DNA of 64,000 nt, taken from the NCBI GenBank assembly GCA_903834785.1, contig CAILKP010000103.1, forward strand, positions 1 to 64,000, written 5' to 3'. The translations under genes and the position numbers were made by a program. The notes beneath the pieces were generated by a model. It ran no database searches. It saw only the letters and a list, made by a program, of their open reading frames with translations, and was not told the origin of the DNA. The stretch's first letter is position 1. Every line of letters starts with the position of its first letter. Origin of the DNA: an uncultured bacterium. GTDB taxonomy: Bacteria; Planctomycetota; Phycisphaerae; Phycisphaerales; UBA1924. Positions 30,331 to 39,452 of the stretch are shown in pieces.

Positions 30331-33300
30331 TCAGCAGCCGGCCCCGAACGCGTTGATGAACGCGATGAAGTCGGTCCCGTCGATCGTGCCATCCGGCTGC
30401 GTCCCCGTTGGCCCGCTGCCGGCAATGTCCGCCAGCGGGTCAATCGCCGCATCACCGATCGCGAAACTGTTGATGAACGCCACGAAGTCCGCCCCATCGA
30501 CCGTGCCGTCCGGCATCAATCCAGTCGGCCCGCCGCCGGCAACATCCGCCAGGCACAACAGCGGAGGCCCGGCGCTGATGTTCACCGCCACCAGGTCAAG
30601 CGTCCCGCCGCCGACGCTCAGGCCAAGCGGGGCGACGAGCACCGCGCTCGGTGCGGTCAGCGCGTTATCAACCCGCCACAGCGCCGTGCGGCTGGCCACA
30701 AACACACCGTCACCAGGCGCCGTCGCAATGCTCGTGCCCACGTTCCCGCTGCCGCCGCCCCAAACACTCAGACTCAGCGGCGTCAGCGGCGTCGGATACG
30801 CCGGAACCACCGGCGGCTGGAAGAACCCGACCGAAACATCCCCGGCCAGCAGGTCAATCACCGGCGTGATCGTCCCCGTCGCCGGGTTTGTGATCGCCAG
30901 CGCGTACACCGAGGTCGCGTTGGTGAAGCTGAACACGCTGCCGTTCACCCATTGCGTGCACAGCACCGTCCACAGCTCACCGTTCGCCCCCGGCGTCCCG
31001 ATCTGCGTATCCCGCGGCGCAATCGCCACCGGATACGTCCCGCGCAGCGTGCCCGGCGGCACGAACCCGTAGCTCATCGGCGAAACGCCGATCGTCGGCA
31101 CCAGGCTGTAATCAACCGCCGGCCCCGGCGGCGGGGCAATGTCCGGCAGCAGGATGCCGCGGCTGGAGTTCCCGTTGTCCACACGGCTCGGCATGCTCAC
31201 CACCGCCACGCCACCGGTGGCCGTCCGCGTCACGCTCGTCAGCACCGCCAGCGAGGTCTGATCCAGCACCAGATCCCGATCGCTCGAGCCCGACGGATCC
31301 GCCCGCACCAGGGCGGCATGGAAGCCCGAACGCACCGTGCCAGCCACCAGCACATCGTTCGTCGCGACGTCCACCGCCGCATCCAGGCGGATGAACCCCT
31401 GCGGCGCATCAATCGCCGTCCGCTCCAGCATCAGCAGGTCCAGCGTCGCCGGGTCAAACCGCACGCACGCCGCCCCCGCGATCCACATCGGCCCGCCGGC
31501 GACGTAGTCAAACCCGCCCGGCGCTTCCAGAATCGCCCCGAAGAACGGCCGCGGCGCCGTGTCAACTCCCAGTTGCATCACCCATACACCATCCACCCGG
31601 TCCAGGCCGTACAGCGTCGGTCCCGTCGGAACCGCGGGCACGGGCACCAGCACCAGTCGCGAGCGGTTGCTCACACACGTTCCGGTCCCGCTCTCCAAAA
31701 CCGTCTCCACCCGCGGCACCGCCACCGAGGCAACCGCATCCACGCGCACCGAGATGCTCGCCCCCGGCGCCAGATCACCAGCAAAACGCACCGTCCGTGT
31801 CGCCGCATCGAACGTCACCCCGGGCGGAACGGGTGCCACCAGCGGCGTCGCGCCGATCTGCAGTCCGACCGGAATCGTCAGCCGCGCCCGCACATCAATC
31901 ATCGTCGTCGCACCGCTGTTGCTCACGCTCAGCACCAGCGGCAGTGCCGTCCCAAGCCGCACCGCCTGATGCTCGCGCGACACCGGACCGATCACCCCCA
32001 CCTGCGTGGCCGTCAGCCCCAGATCCGTCTGCAAGTCGCGGACGATCGGGAACACTGGCCCAAGGAACGACCCGCTGAACACCGTGTTGCCGCAGGTGTT
32101 GACCACCTGGAAGAAGCCCTGCGCCGCAACCGCACTCACACCCACCGGCAGGCACGCGGCTAGCCGCAGCCGTACCACAATCGTCGCGCTCTGCCCCGCC
32201 GGGATGTCACCCTGCCAGCTCAGCGTCGTCGGCGTCGGCTGGCTGGCCGTGCCCCGTGTCGCGGAGATCACTTGGGCCAACTCGAGATGCTGACCGAAGT
32301 TTGCGATCGGTTGTGCAAACCGCACACCGATGTGGTCCGCCGCACTGGGGTTGGTCAGGGTGATCGACAGCGTCATGGTGTCAGCGGCCCGCAGCGGCGG
32401 GGCCACATCCGGCACGGCTGCAGCCACGCTGGTCAGCAGATCGGTATTCGGATACTCCAGCGTCGGTCCGGGATTCACCTGCGCATTGACCCGCTGTGCG
32501 TTGCTCGCCTCGGCAAAGCAGAACGGCCGCAGCGAGAAGGTGCCGCCGGCGGTGCACTCACCGCGGACGGTAAACGACAGTGACAGCGGCGGCTGGCCGG
32601 CCGGCAGCGCTGGCAGTGTCCACCGCACGTTATCGCCCGTCTGCGTCCCTCCGCTCCCGGCCGAGACAAACGTCGACGAGAACGGCACCGCCGCCTGCAC
32701 CACCACATTGGTCGCCTCCGCCGTACCCAGATTGGCCACTCGCAGCGTGAACGTCGCGTTTGACCCCGGCCGCAGCGTCGCCGGCGCACCGGTCACCGTC
32801 AGCGACAGTGCCGCGAACCCCGGCGGCGGAGAAATCGCGCAGCAGTCAGGCACCGTCAACGTCGCGAACGTCGAACCGCCCTGACTGAACACCACGTTCG
32901 TCCGCCCGTTTGTCCCGGCGAACGTCGTCGCGTCCAGCGGCCCGCCTGACACATTCTGCAGTGGAAATCCGCCATCCGGATTGATCTGCTGACCAAAGCT
33001 CGCCGTGCACAGCGACACCAGCGTGTAGTCCGTCCCCGCAGGGTCAAAGCTCAGCACATCGTGCTGAATGTACAGCGCCTGCGAGCCCGGCGCAATCCGG
33101 ATGTCTCCCACACCCCGTCGCAGACCGGAGATGTCCACCCGCCCCGACGGCCCCGGCCGCTCAAGATCAAACAGCGACAGCGTCAGATCTCCCACAAACG
33201 GCTCATGCAGAATCGCAGCGATCCGCCGGCCACTGCCCTGACCAAACGGCCCAAGACTCCGCAACTGATAGTCGTAGAAGATCTCCGTCCGCTGCACGTT

Positions 33301-33807
33301 CGGCACGCACGCCTCGTGCACCAGTTCCATCGGATCCGCCGGATCGGCCGGCAGCCGGTAGAAGCGGATGCTCGTGTCCTGGCACGTCCCCACCGCTCGC
33401 CCGCCCACCGCGTACAGAAACTGCCGCGTCGGTGACAGCCGCAGCGTTGCCGAGGCCAGGTACGGCGGTGCCAGCGGCTCGGGCGTGATGAACACCCGGT
33501 CAAACTCGTTGATCAGCCCGTCTCCGTTCCTGTCAAGCTGCAGCCCCGCGCCGCCGTTGACCGGCAACACCCCGATCGTCCCGTTCTGGGCCACAAACCA
33601 GCTGTCCAGCGGCGCGAAAGCACCCATCGGGCAACTCTGCGCCGCGGCGGCCGCCGCCAGCACCCACGACACCACCAGCCCCAGCAGCCCCCACTTGCTA
33701 CCCCCGCCCGCTCTCGCCCCGCCCGTCATGTCATATCCACCCGTCCCGGCCAACCGCGTGCACACACTGATCATGGTTCTTACCCGGCGTCCGTGCCGCA
33801 CACTCAC
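30331..33807 (-). CDS. large cell-surface protein with DUF11 (conserved repeat domain) repeats and the same C-terminal twin-repeat module
   Basis: 1158 aa. Signal-like WGLLGLVVSWVLAAAAAAQS. Several DUF11-type repeats (LTVTGAPATLRPGSNATFTLRVANLGTAEATNVVVQAAVP...). C-terminus CLADVAGGGPTGLMPDGTVDGADFVAFINSFAIGDAAIDPLADIAGSGPTGTQPDGTIDGTDFIAFINAFGAGC. Start codon uncertain. Confidence 0.7.
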   Translation of the reverse strand: MSVRHGRRVRTMISVCTRLAGTGGYDMTGGARAGGGSKWGLLGLVVSWVLAAAAAAQSCPMGAFAPLDSWFVAQNGTIGVLPVNGGAGLQLDRNGDGLINEFDRVFITPEPLAPPYLASATLRLSPTRQFLYAVGGRAVGTCQDTSIRFYRLPADPADPMELVHEACVPNVQRTEIFYDYQLRSLGPFGQGSGRRIAAILHEPFVGDLTLSLFDLERPGPSGRVDISGLRRGVGDIRIAPGSQALYIQHDVLSFDPAGTDYTLVSLCTASFGQQINPDGGFPLQNVSGGPLDATTFAGTNGRTNVVFSQGGSTFATLTVPDCCAISPPPGFAALSLTVTGAPATLRPGSNATFTLRVANLGTAEATNVVVQAAVPFSSTFVSAGSGGTQTGDNVRWTLPALPAGQPPLSLSFTVRGECTAGGTFSLRPFCFAEASNAQRVNAQVNPGPTLEYPNTDLLTSVAAAVPDVAPPLRAADTMTLSITLTNPSAADHIGVRFAQPIANFGQHLELAQVISATRGTASQPTPTTLSWQGDIPAGQSATIVVRLRLAACLPVGVSAVAAQGFFQVVNTCGNTVFSGSFLGPVFPIVRDLQTDLGLTATQVGVIGPVSREHQAVRLGTALPLVLSVSNSGATTMIDVRARLTIPVGLQIGATPLVAPVPPGVTFDAATRTVRFAGDLAPGASISVRVDAVASVAVPRVETVLESGTGTCVSNRSRLVLVPVPAVPTGPTLYGLDRVDGVWVMQLGVDTAPRPFFGAILEAPGGFDYVAGGPMWIAGAACVRFDPATLDLLMLERTAIDAPQGFIRLDAAVDVATNDVLVAGTVRSGFHAALVRADPSGSSDRDLVLDQTSLAVLTSVTRTATGGVAVVSMPSRVDNGNSSRGILLPDIAPPPGPAVDYSLVPTIGVSPMSYGFVPPGTLRGTYPVAIAPRDTQIGTPGANGELWTVLCTQWVNGSVFSFTNATSVYALAITNPATGTITPVIDLLAGDVSVGFFQPPVVPAYPTPLTPLSLSVWGGGSGNVGTSIATAPGDGVFVASRTALWRVDNALTAPSAVLVAPLGLSVGGGTLDLVAVNISAGPPLLCLADVAGGGPTGLMPDGTVDGADFVAFINSFAIGDAAIDPLADIAGSGPTGTQPDGTIDGTDFIAFINAFGAGC

Positions 33808-33852
33808 CGCCCGACCATCGGGCCTGCGCGCTGCGCCACTCAGACGGGCGAA

Positions 33853-34674
33853 CTATCCGCGATTCCCCCTCCGGCTGCCTCCGGCTTTTTGTGGTGATTG
33901 TCCGGCTTCTTTGCGCCCGGCGATTTCTTCACGAAGCGTTCGCGCCACCGCCTCCACAAGTTCCGACTCATAGGTAAACAGCCCTGCCGCGCCCACCTCC
34001 TTGGCCCGTTGCCGCCGCCCCGGGTCGCTGTATCCGCAGTAAAACAGCAGCGGCAGCTTCGGGTACCTCGCCTTGACCTGCCTGGCAAACTCCCACCCGC
34101 TGTCGGGGTGCCGCGGGTCTTTGTCGCTCTGCCGCCGGATATCGCTGATCACCAGCGAGTACCCCCCGTGCTCCAGAGCCCGCAGCCCCTGCTTGCCCGT
34201 CACATAGCAGTCCACCGCAACACCCATCGCCCCCAGCATCCGCCGCTCGCGGATGTTGTTCTCCGGTTGCTCATCGACCCACACCGCGTGCAGCAGAAAC
34301 ACCGGCGGCGGCGGCACCGCACCGCGGCCGGCCTCACCGGGCCGTCCCGCCCGACCGGTCCCGTCCCTCGGTCGCCGCCCCGTCACCTTCACAAAGGCCT
34401 CATAGAACCGGCTGACCGAGCCGAACCCGCTGGCCGCGGCAATCTCCAGCACGCTCATCGAGTCCCACGCCAGCAGCGACTCGGCGTGCCGCACCCGCAG
34501 CTCGGTGATGTACGAGGTGATGGTCCGCCCCCGCGCCCGCCGGAACAACGCACTGAGGTAGCTCCCATCGCGTCCGACCTCCCGAGCGATGTCCGAAAGC
34601 GACAACGCCTCGCGGTACCGGGCCACGATCACGTCCTCCACCCGCTGCACGGTTCGCCATGCCGCTGGGGTCAC
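33853..34674 (-). CDS. AraC-family HTH regulator with C-terminal receiver-like (CheY-fold) domain
   Basis: N-terminal AraC HTH (LSLSDIAREVGRDGSYLSALFRRARGRTITSYITELRVRHAESLL...SGFGSVSRFYEAFVKVTG). C-terminal ~120 aa with LVISDI...LLFYCGYS...K resembles a response-regulator receiver with a non-canonical acidic pocket. Confidence 0.65.
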   Translation of the reverse strand: MTPAAWRTVQRVEDVIVARYREALSLSDIAREVGRDGSYLSALFRRARGRTITSYITELRVRHAESLLAWDSMSVLEIAAASGFGSVSRFYEAFVKVTGRRPRDGTGRAGRPGEAGRGAVPPPPVFLLHAVWVDEQPENNIRERRMLGAMGVAVDCYVTGKQGLRALEHGGYSLVISDIRRQSDKDPRHPDSGWEFARQVKARYPKLPLLFYCGYSDPGRRQRAKEVGAAGLFTYESELVEAVARTLREEIAGRKEAGQSPQKAGGSRRGNRG

Positions 34675-34717
34675 GGTTCAACAGTAGAACCGGCCCCGGC
34701 CGTCTCGCACCGCCCGC

Positions 34718-36274
34718 TCATCCGCCGGCGGAGCCCTCACCACCCGGCAGCGTCATGCTCCAGGGGTTCAGGTACGAGTCGATATCGTCCTTGGTGATCT
34801 TCTTGCCGGCGTTATCCGCCGTGCCGACCACCGTCTCGTAGGCCAGCTGACGCACCGTCTTGCCCTGCTTGAACGCGTCCTTGGCCAAGGCGGCTGACTT
34901 GTCGTAGCCGATCACCGGCACCAGGCTCGTGCACATCGCCAGCGAGCCCTCGATCAGCGCCTTGCACCGGGCCTCATCGGGCTGCAGGCCGTCGAGCAGG
35001 TTCGTGCGGAACATGTCGCAGCCCCGGGCCAGCAGGTGGATCGACTCGAGCAGATTGTCGGCAATCAGCGGCATCGCCACGTTCAGGTCCAGCGTGCTGT
35101 TGAGCCCGCCCAGGTTGCCGTAGGTGATCGCCGCGTCGTTGCCGATGACCTGCCCGCAGATCATGATCAGCGACTCGCAGATCACCGGGTTGACCTTGCC
35201 CGGCATGATGCTGCTGCCCGGCTGCACGGCCGGAATCACCAGCTCGCCGATGCCGCAGCGTGGGCCCATGCCCATCAAGCGGATATCCGCGGCGATCTTT
35301 GTCAGGCTCGTGGCGATCGTCTTGAGAATGCCCGAGACCTCAACGGTCGCGTCCTTGGCGTGCTGGGCCTCAAAGTGGTTCTCGGCCTTGCGGAACTTCA
35401 GGCCCGTCAGGCGGGTCAGTTCCGAGCAGACCATACCGTCGAACTTCTCATGGGCGTTGATGCCCGTGCCCACCGCGGTGCCGCCGATGGGCAGCTCCAG
35501 CAACGCATCAACGGCCAGCACCAGCCGGTGCTCGGCGTGGCGCAACTGGCTGGCAAAGCCGCTGAACTCCTGGCCCAGCCGGATGGGCGTCGCATCCTGC
35601 AGGTGCGTGCGGCCGATCTTGACGATCTTGTCCCAGGCCTTGGCCTGCTGCTCCAGCTTCTTGCGCATCGCGGTGATCGCCGGCCCGAGCTGCTCGAAGA
35701 TCGCGATCGCCGCGGCGACGTGAATGGCCGTGGGAAAGGTGTCGTTGCTGGACTGCCCCATGTTCACGTGGTCGTTGGGGTGTACGCCGCCGGCCTTGAG
35801 GTACTCGGCATTCTTTGACGAGCCGATCGGCGCCCCTCGCTTCAGGCAGATCAGGTTCGCGATCACCTCGTTGGCGTTCATGTTCGTGCTGGTGCCCGAA
35901 CCGGTCTGGTACACATCGATCGGGAAGTGCGTCGCCCAGCCGTGGTGCTCGGGCATGCCGCCGCGGATGATGTCGCACGCGTCGACGATGGCCTGCATGC
36001 GGGCCTTGTCCAGCCGTTTGAGCTTGAAGTTCACCTGGGCACACGCCGTCTTGATCAGGCCGTACGCGCTGACAATGTCAAACGGCACCGGCCGGCCCGA
36101 GACCGGGAAGTTCAGCACCGCACGCTGGGTACTGGCGCCGTAGAGCACGTGCGCGGGCACGGTCATCTCGCCCATCGTGTCCTTTTCGGTACGGGTGCCC
36201 TGTGCCAATGCAGCACTGGCTGGGGCGGACGAAGCGGCGGTTGAGGATGCAGTCGGGGCGGTCTTCTTTGCCAT
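34718..36274 (-). CDS. fumC: class II fumarate hydratase (fumarase C; aspartase/fumarase superfamily)
   Basis: GSSIMPGKVNPVICE signature, N-terminal TRTEKDTMGEMTVPAHVLYGASTQRAVLNF, 518 aa including a ~25-aa Ala/Ser-rich N-terminal extension. Confidence 0.8.
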   Translation of the reverse strand: MAKKTAPTASSTAASSAPASAALAQGTRTEKDTMGEMTVPAHVLYGASTQRAVLNFPVSGRPVPFDIVSAYGLIKTACAQVNFKLKRLDKARMQAIVDACDIIRGGMPEHHGWATHFPIDVYQTGSGTSTNMNANEVIANLICLKRGAPIGSSKNAEYLKAGGVHPNDHVNMGQSSNDTFPTAIHVAAAIAIFEQLGPAITAMRKKLEQQAKAWDKIVKIGRTHLQDATPIRLGQEFSGFASQLRHAEHRLVLAVDALLELPIGGTAVGTGINAHEKFDGMVCSELTRLTGLKFRKAENHFEAQHAKDATVEVSGILKTIATSLTKIAADIRLMGMGPRCGIGELVIPAVQPGSSIMPGKVNPVICESLIMICGQVIGNDAAITYGNLGGLNSTLDLNVAMPLIADNLLESIHLLARGCDMFRTNLLDGLQPDEARCKALIEGSLAMCTSLVPVIGYDKSAALAKDAFKQGKTVRQLAYETVVGTADNAGKKITKDDIDSYLNPWSMTLPGGEGSAGG

Positions 36275-36407
36275 GGAAACGGGCTCCGAAAAGTGGAGCC
36301 CACAATAGGTTCACCACCGCGGCAGTGGCTCACCGCCAGCCACGCCGTTGACCCGCCCCCGCCGGCCCAAACTATGCGTTTTCCACCCGATCCCGGGTGT
36401 CCGCCGC

Positions 36408-36719
36408 TCACCCGGCCCGGGCCAGCAGCATCGCCCCCACGCTGGTGCCGTTCTTGGCTGCCAGCCGCCGCGCCTCAGTCAGGGCGGCAAACCGCCCCGT
36501 CAGCACCAGCGGCAGGGCCAGCTGCACACTGCACCGGCCCAGCGGCCCCAGTCGCCAGTACCACACCGCCACCGCCATCATTGCGGCAAGCGCGACGTAC
36601 CACAGCACCGCACCGGAGGTCACGACCGTCGGCATCGCGGTCCACCACGTTGCTTCGGCCGGGGCCCGCACCAGTTCCACCGGTGCCACAGAGTTCGCAG
36701 GCGCTTGCATCATGTTCAT
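36408..36719 (-). CDS. small hypothetical membrane protein
   Basis: 103 aa with two hydrophobic helices. Its ATG overlaps the stop of the upstream HEAT-repeat gene (ATGA), suggesting translational coupling. Confidence 0.35.
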   Translation of the reverse strand: MNMMQAPANSVAPVELVRAPAEATWWTAMPTVVTSGAVLWYVALAAMMAVAVWYWRLGPLGRCSVQLALPLVLTGRFAALTEARRLAAKNGTSVGAMLLARAG

Positions 36720-39106
36720 GCTGCCACTTCAGCCGCACGCGGGGCGTGCAGCGTTGCCTTGACCGCGGGTTCCACCGCGCCGGCCGGATGTCCGGCCCAC
36801 AGTTCCAACGCTCGCCCGGCCGCAATCGCCCGCTCGCTGGCGGTCGCATCGGCCGGGGCCATGTACACATTCTGCACCAGAGAGATCGCCGCCGGCTCCG
36901 TCGCCAGCTCGCGAGCCACCGCCGAAAGGGCCCACATCGCCGCCCGCTGCTCCAGCGGCTGCTTGGTCTCCACCATCCAGCCCAGCGCACCCAGTGCCGC
37001 GGCACGAGACTGGCCGCCGCAAGGGTCCAGCTTCATCAAGCCGCGGATGCAGCTGCCACGCACGCGATGGTGCGGATCAGTCAGGCCTGCCCGGAGCGTG
37101 ATCGTCGCCTCGCTGCGCCAGCCCTCATCGCCGGCCAGCCGTGCCCGCACCGCCATGGCCTCAAACGCTGCCGAGCGGATCCGCGGTTCCACCGCAGTCA
37201 GGGCTATTTCAATCGCATTCCCCGCCGCCGCAGTGTGGCAGCGTCCCAGCAGTGGCAGCGCAGCCGCCACCGTGTGGGGCATATCCGGCCGTTCATAGGC
37301 TGCCTGCAAAGCAACAAAGCCCGACAGAGCCTCGGCGAACTCGCCTTCCACCGGCTTGCCGCGCATCTCAACAAGCTTGCGGCTGATGGCCTGATCGTCA
37401 CCATCCGGCCACAGGTTCCCCCCCACCGTTGCCGCCTTGGGCAGCGGGCGCTGGGCCAGCCGCGATGCCAACTGGCGCACCGGGGCCGATCCGCCGCGGG
37501 CCAGCGCACTGACAATCCGGTCGTGGGTGGAGTTCGGGGTCTCGGGCCGTGCGGCAAGCACGGCCAGGATCGCCGCGGTCATGCTCACCTCAGCGGAAGC
37601 ATCAAAGCATGCTTCCAGCACCGGGGTGCCGCGGGTTGCACCGGCATCACGCAGCACGCGAAGCGCCGCGTGCCGCATGGCTGCATCGGGCGAGCGAAGG
37701 AGCATCGTCGCCGCGGCGACACGGTCAATCGTCTGGGCCACCGGCGCTGCGGGCTTGGCCGCAGCCGCTTCAGCCTGCTCCGCACCGGGTGACCCAGCCG
37801 CGGGCTTCGCCGGCTTGAGTGCGGGCTTGGCTGGCTTGGCCGGCTTGCCGATGCCGTTGCGGGCCTTGGCGCTGCTCAGTGCGGCGGCCAGTGCCGCGGC
37901 ACGACGTGCATCGGGCGTCATCTGCTCCTGGGCGGTTGCTGCGGCCTGACGCTCCGATGGCGGCAGCGGCAATCGCGAGGGCACGGCCCGCAGCACGCTC
38001 AGTGCCGCACGTTCTGTGATCGCTCGTCCCGGCTGGCCCTGCCCGTCACGCAGCGCGGTCAGGAACTCCGACTGGGCACGGTCGCCGGCGAGCACGCGGG
38101 CGACAACTTCGGCCCGCTGCGGATCCATCAGCACATGGCCTCGCTTGCACAGCACGCGAGCCGCGGCTTCATCGAGCACCAGCAGTCGCTCGGCCGCGGA
38201 ACTTGCAACGCCCTTGCGACGCAGCAGCGAGATCGCCGCGGCAGCCCACCGTTCACCCGCGCCGCGGCGGATGCGAGTCCGCAGCAGCATGGCGGTCGGA
38301 TCCTCCGCACGAGTCAATGCTGCCTTGCCTCCGCGGCCTGCGGCAGCTTCAGCTTCGGTCGGCAGGTCATCGAGCGCCTCCAGCACGGCGGAGCTGCCAC
38401 CGGTTGTGCGGGTCAGCACCTCGGCCAGCAGTTCAAGCACAACATCCTGCTTGTGCTGGTCAACGGTTTCAAGCGGTGCCCGCAGCAGCGCGGCCATGCG
38501 GGCGGCCATCGCGGGGGTGATCGATTGTGGTGCCGCCTGCGCACGGCCGGGCCCAGGCGTGCTGCCCAGCGGGCTGGCCAGTCGCTGGGCAATCGCTGCC
38601 GCGGCGTGGCGGATCATCTCCGCATCGCCTTGGGCGATGCGCTTGGAGATGGACTGCCTCAGCGTCGTTTCAAGCGGCAGATCGATGGCGGCGCGAATCA
38701 GGCCCAGCAGCACACGGTGGCGGCGGGCCGCCTCGCGTCCGGCGGTCGCTTCGGCTTTGGCCTTGTCACCTGCTGGCTGCATCGTGGCTGGCCGGTCCAG
38801 TTCAGCGAGAACCACCCGGACGGCATCGGACCACGGATCGACCGGGTCCTGGTTGTCCATCGCGGTCGTGGCCAGCAGCGATGCCGCCTGGCGGCCGCGC
38901 TCGCCCAGCGAGCCATAGGTACTGATGAAGGCCTCTGCCGCCGCGGCACTGCGGCTGCCCCGCGCGGTGATGGCTTCAAGCAGTTCGGCGGCCAGTTCGT
39001 CGTTGAAGGCCGGCTCGGCATGTGGGATCGCCTGGGCGATCACATTCGCCCATGTCCGGGGCCCGCTGAGCGCGAGCCATCGCAATCTCCGACGTACCGA
39101 CGCCAT
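36716..39106 (-). CDS. HEAT/PBS-lyase-like repeat protein
   Basis: About 796 aa from Met 39106 (MASVRRRLRWLAL...). Recurrent ~30-aa Ala/Leu/Arg-rich helical repeats (DAAMRHAALRVLRDAGATRGTPVLEACFDASAEVSMTAAILAV, DPHHRVRGSCIRGLMKLDP). The upstream 177 codons of the raw ORF overlap the yhaM-like promoter region. Confidence 0.55.
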   Translation of the reverse strand: MASVRRRLRWLALSGPRTWANVIAQAIPHAEPAFNDELAAELLEAITARGSRSAAAAEAFISTYGSLGERGRQAASLLATTAMDNQDPVDPWSDAVRVVLAELDRPATMQPAGDKAKAEATAGREAARRHRVLLGLIRAAIDLPLETTLRQSISKRIAQGDAEMIRHAAAAIAQRLASPLGSTPGPGRAQAAPQSITPAMAARMAALLRAPLETVDQHKQDVVLELLAEVLTRTTGGSSAVLEALDDLPTEAEAAAGRGGKAALTRAEDPTAMLLRTRIRRGAGERWAAAAISLLRRKGVASSAAERLLVLDEAAARVLCKRGHVLMDPQRAEVVARVLAGDRAQSEFLTALRDGQGQPGRAITERAALSVLRAVPSRLPLPPSERQAAATAQEQMTPDARRAAALAAALSSAKARNGIGKPAKPAKPALKPAKPAAGSPGAEQAEAAAAKPAAPVAQTIDRVAAATMLLRSPDAAMRHAALRVLRDAGATRGTPVLEACFDASAEVSMTAAILAVLAARPETPNSTHDRIVSALARGGSAPVRQLASRLAQRPLPKAATVGGNLWPDGDDQAISRKLVEMRGKPVEGEFAEALSGFVALQAAYERPDMPHTVAAALPLLGRCHTAAAGNAIEIALTAVEPRIRSAAFEAMAVRARLAGDEGWRSEATITLRAGLTDPHHRVRGSCIRGLMKLDPCGGQSRAAALGALGWMVETKQPLEQRAAMWALSAVARELATEPAAISLVQNVYMAPADATASERAIAAGRALELWAGHPAGAVEPAVKATLHAPRAAEVAA

Positions 39107-39452
39107 GGCTGCGATATCGGATGCGCCCGGAGCCGGGCTGCACCGCCCCAGAGCGATTCCGGCCGGTTCTGCGCAGTGTCGGGTGTTTACCCCCGAGTCC
39201 AGGGCCCGCTCGACCCACCGGCGGGGATGGTGGCATGCGGTAAACACCCTGCTGCAGCCGCCGGACGGGGCATTTGGCGGCTCGTGCGGCGGGCTGGCCA
39301 AGGGACCGCTAAACTGGCGGCTCGACTCGGGCGGCCGTGCTTGCTCCGGCTGCCAAGACCGACTGCACACTTTGTCTCTCTTTGTGCTGCTGCCGCCCGG
39401 CCCTGACTGCACCCTGCCCACAGCCCCACACAGCCCCAAAGGCCTTCTTCCA

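Noticed and set aside
29836-32163. 775-aa plus-strand ORF, extremely Arg/Pro/His-rich
   Set aside because: It lies entirely antisense to the DUF11 surface-protein gene (30331-33807) and the HAF paralog. It is a typical high-GC shadow ORF with no domain signal.
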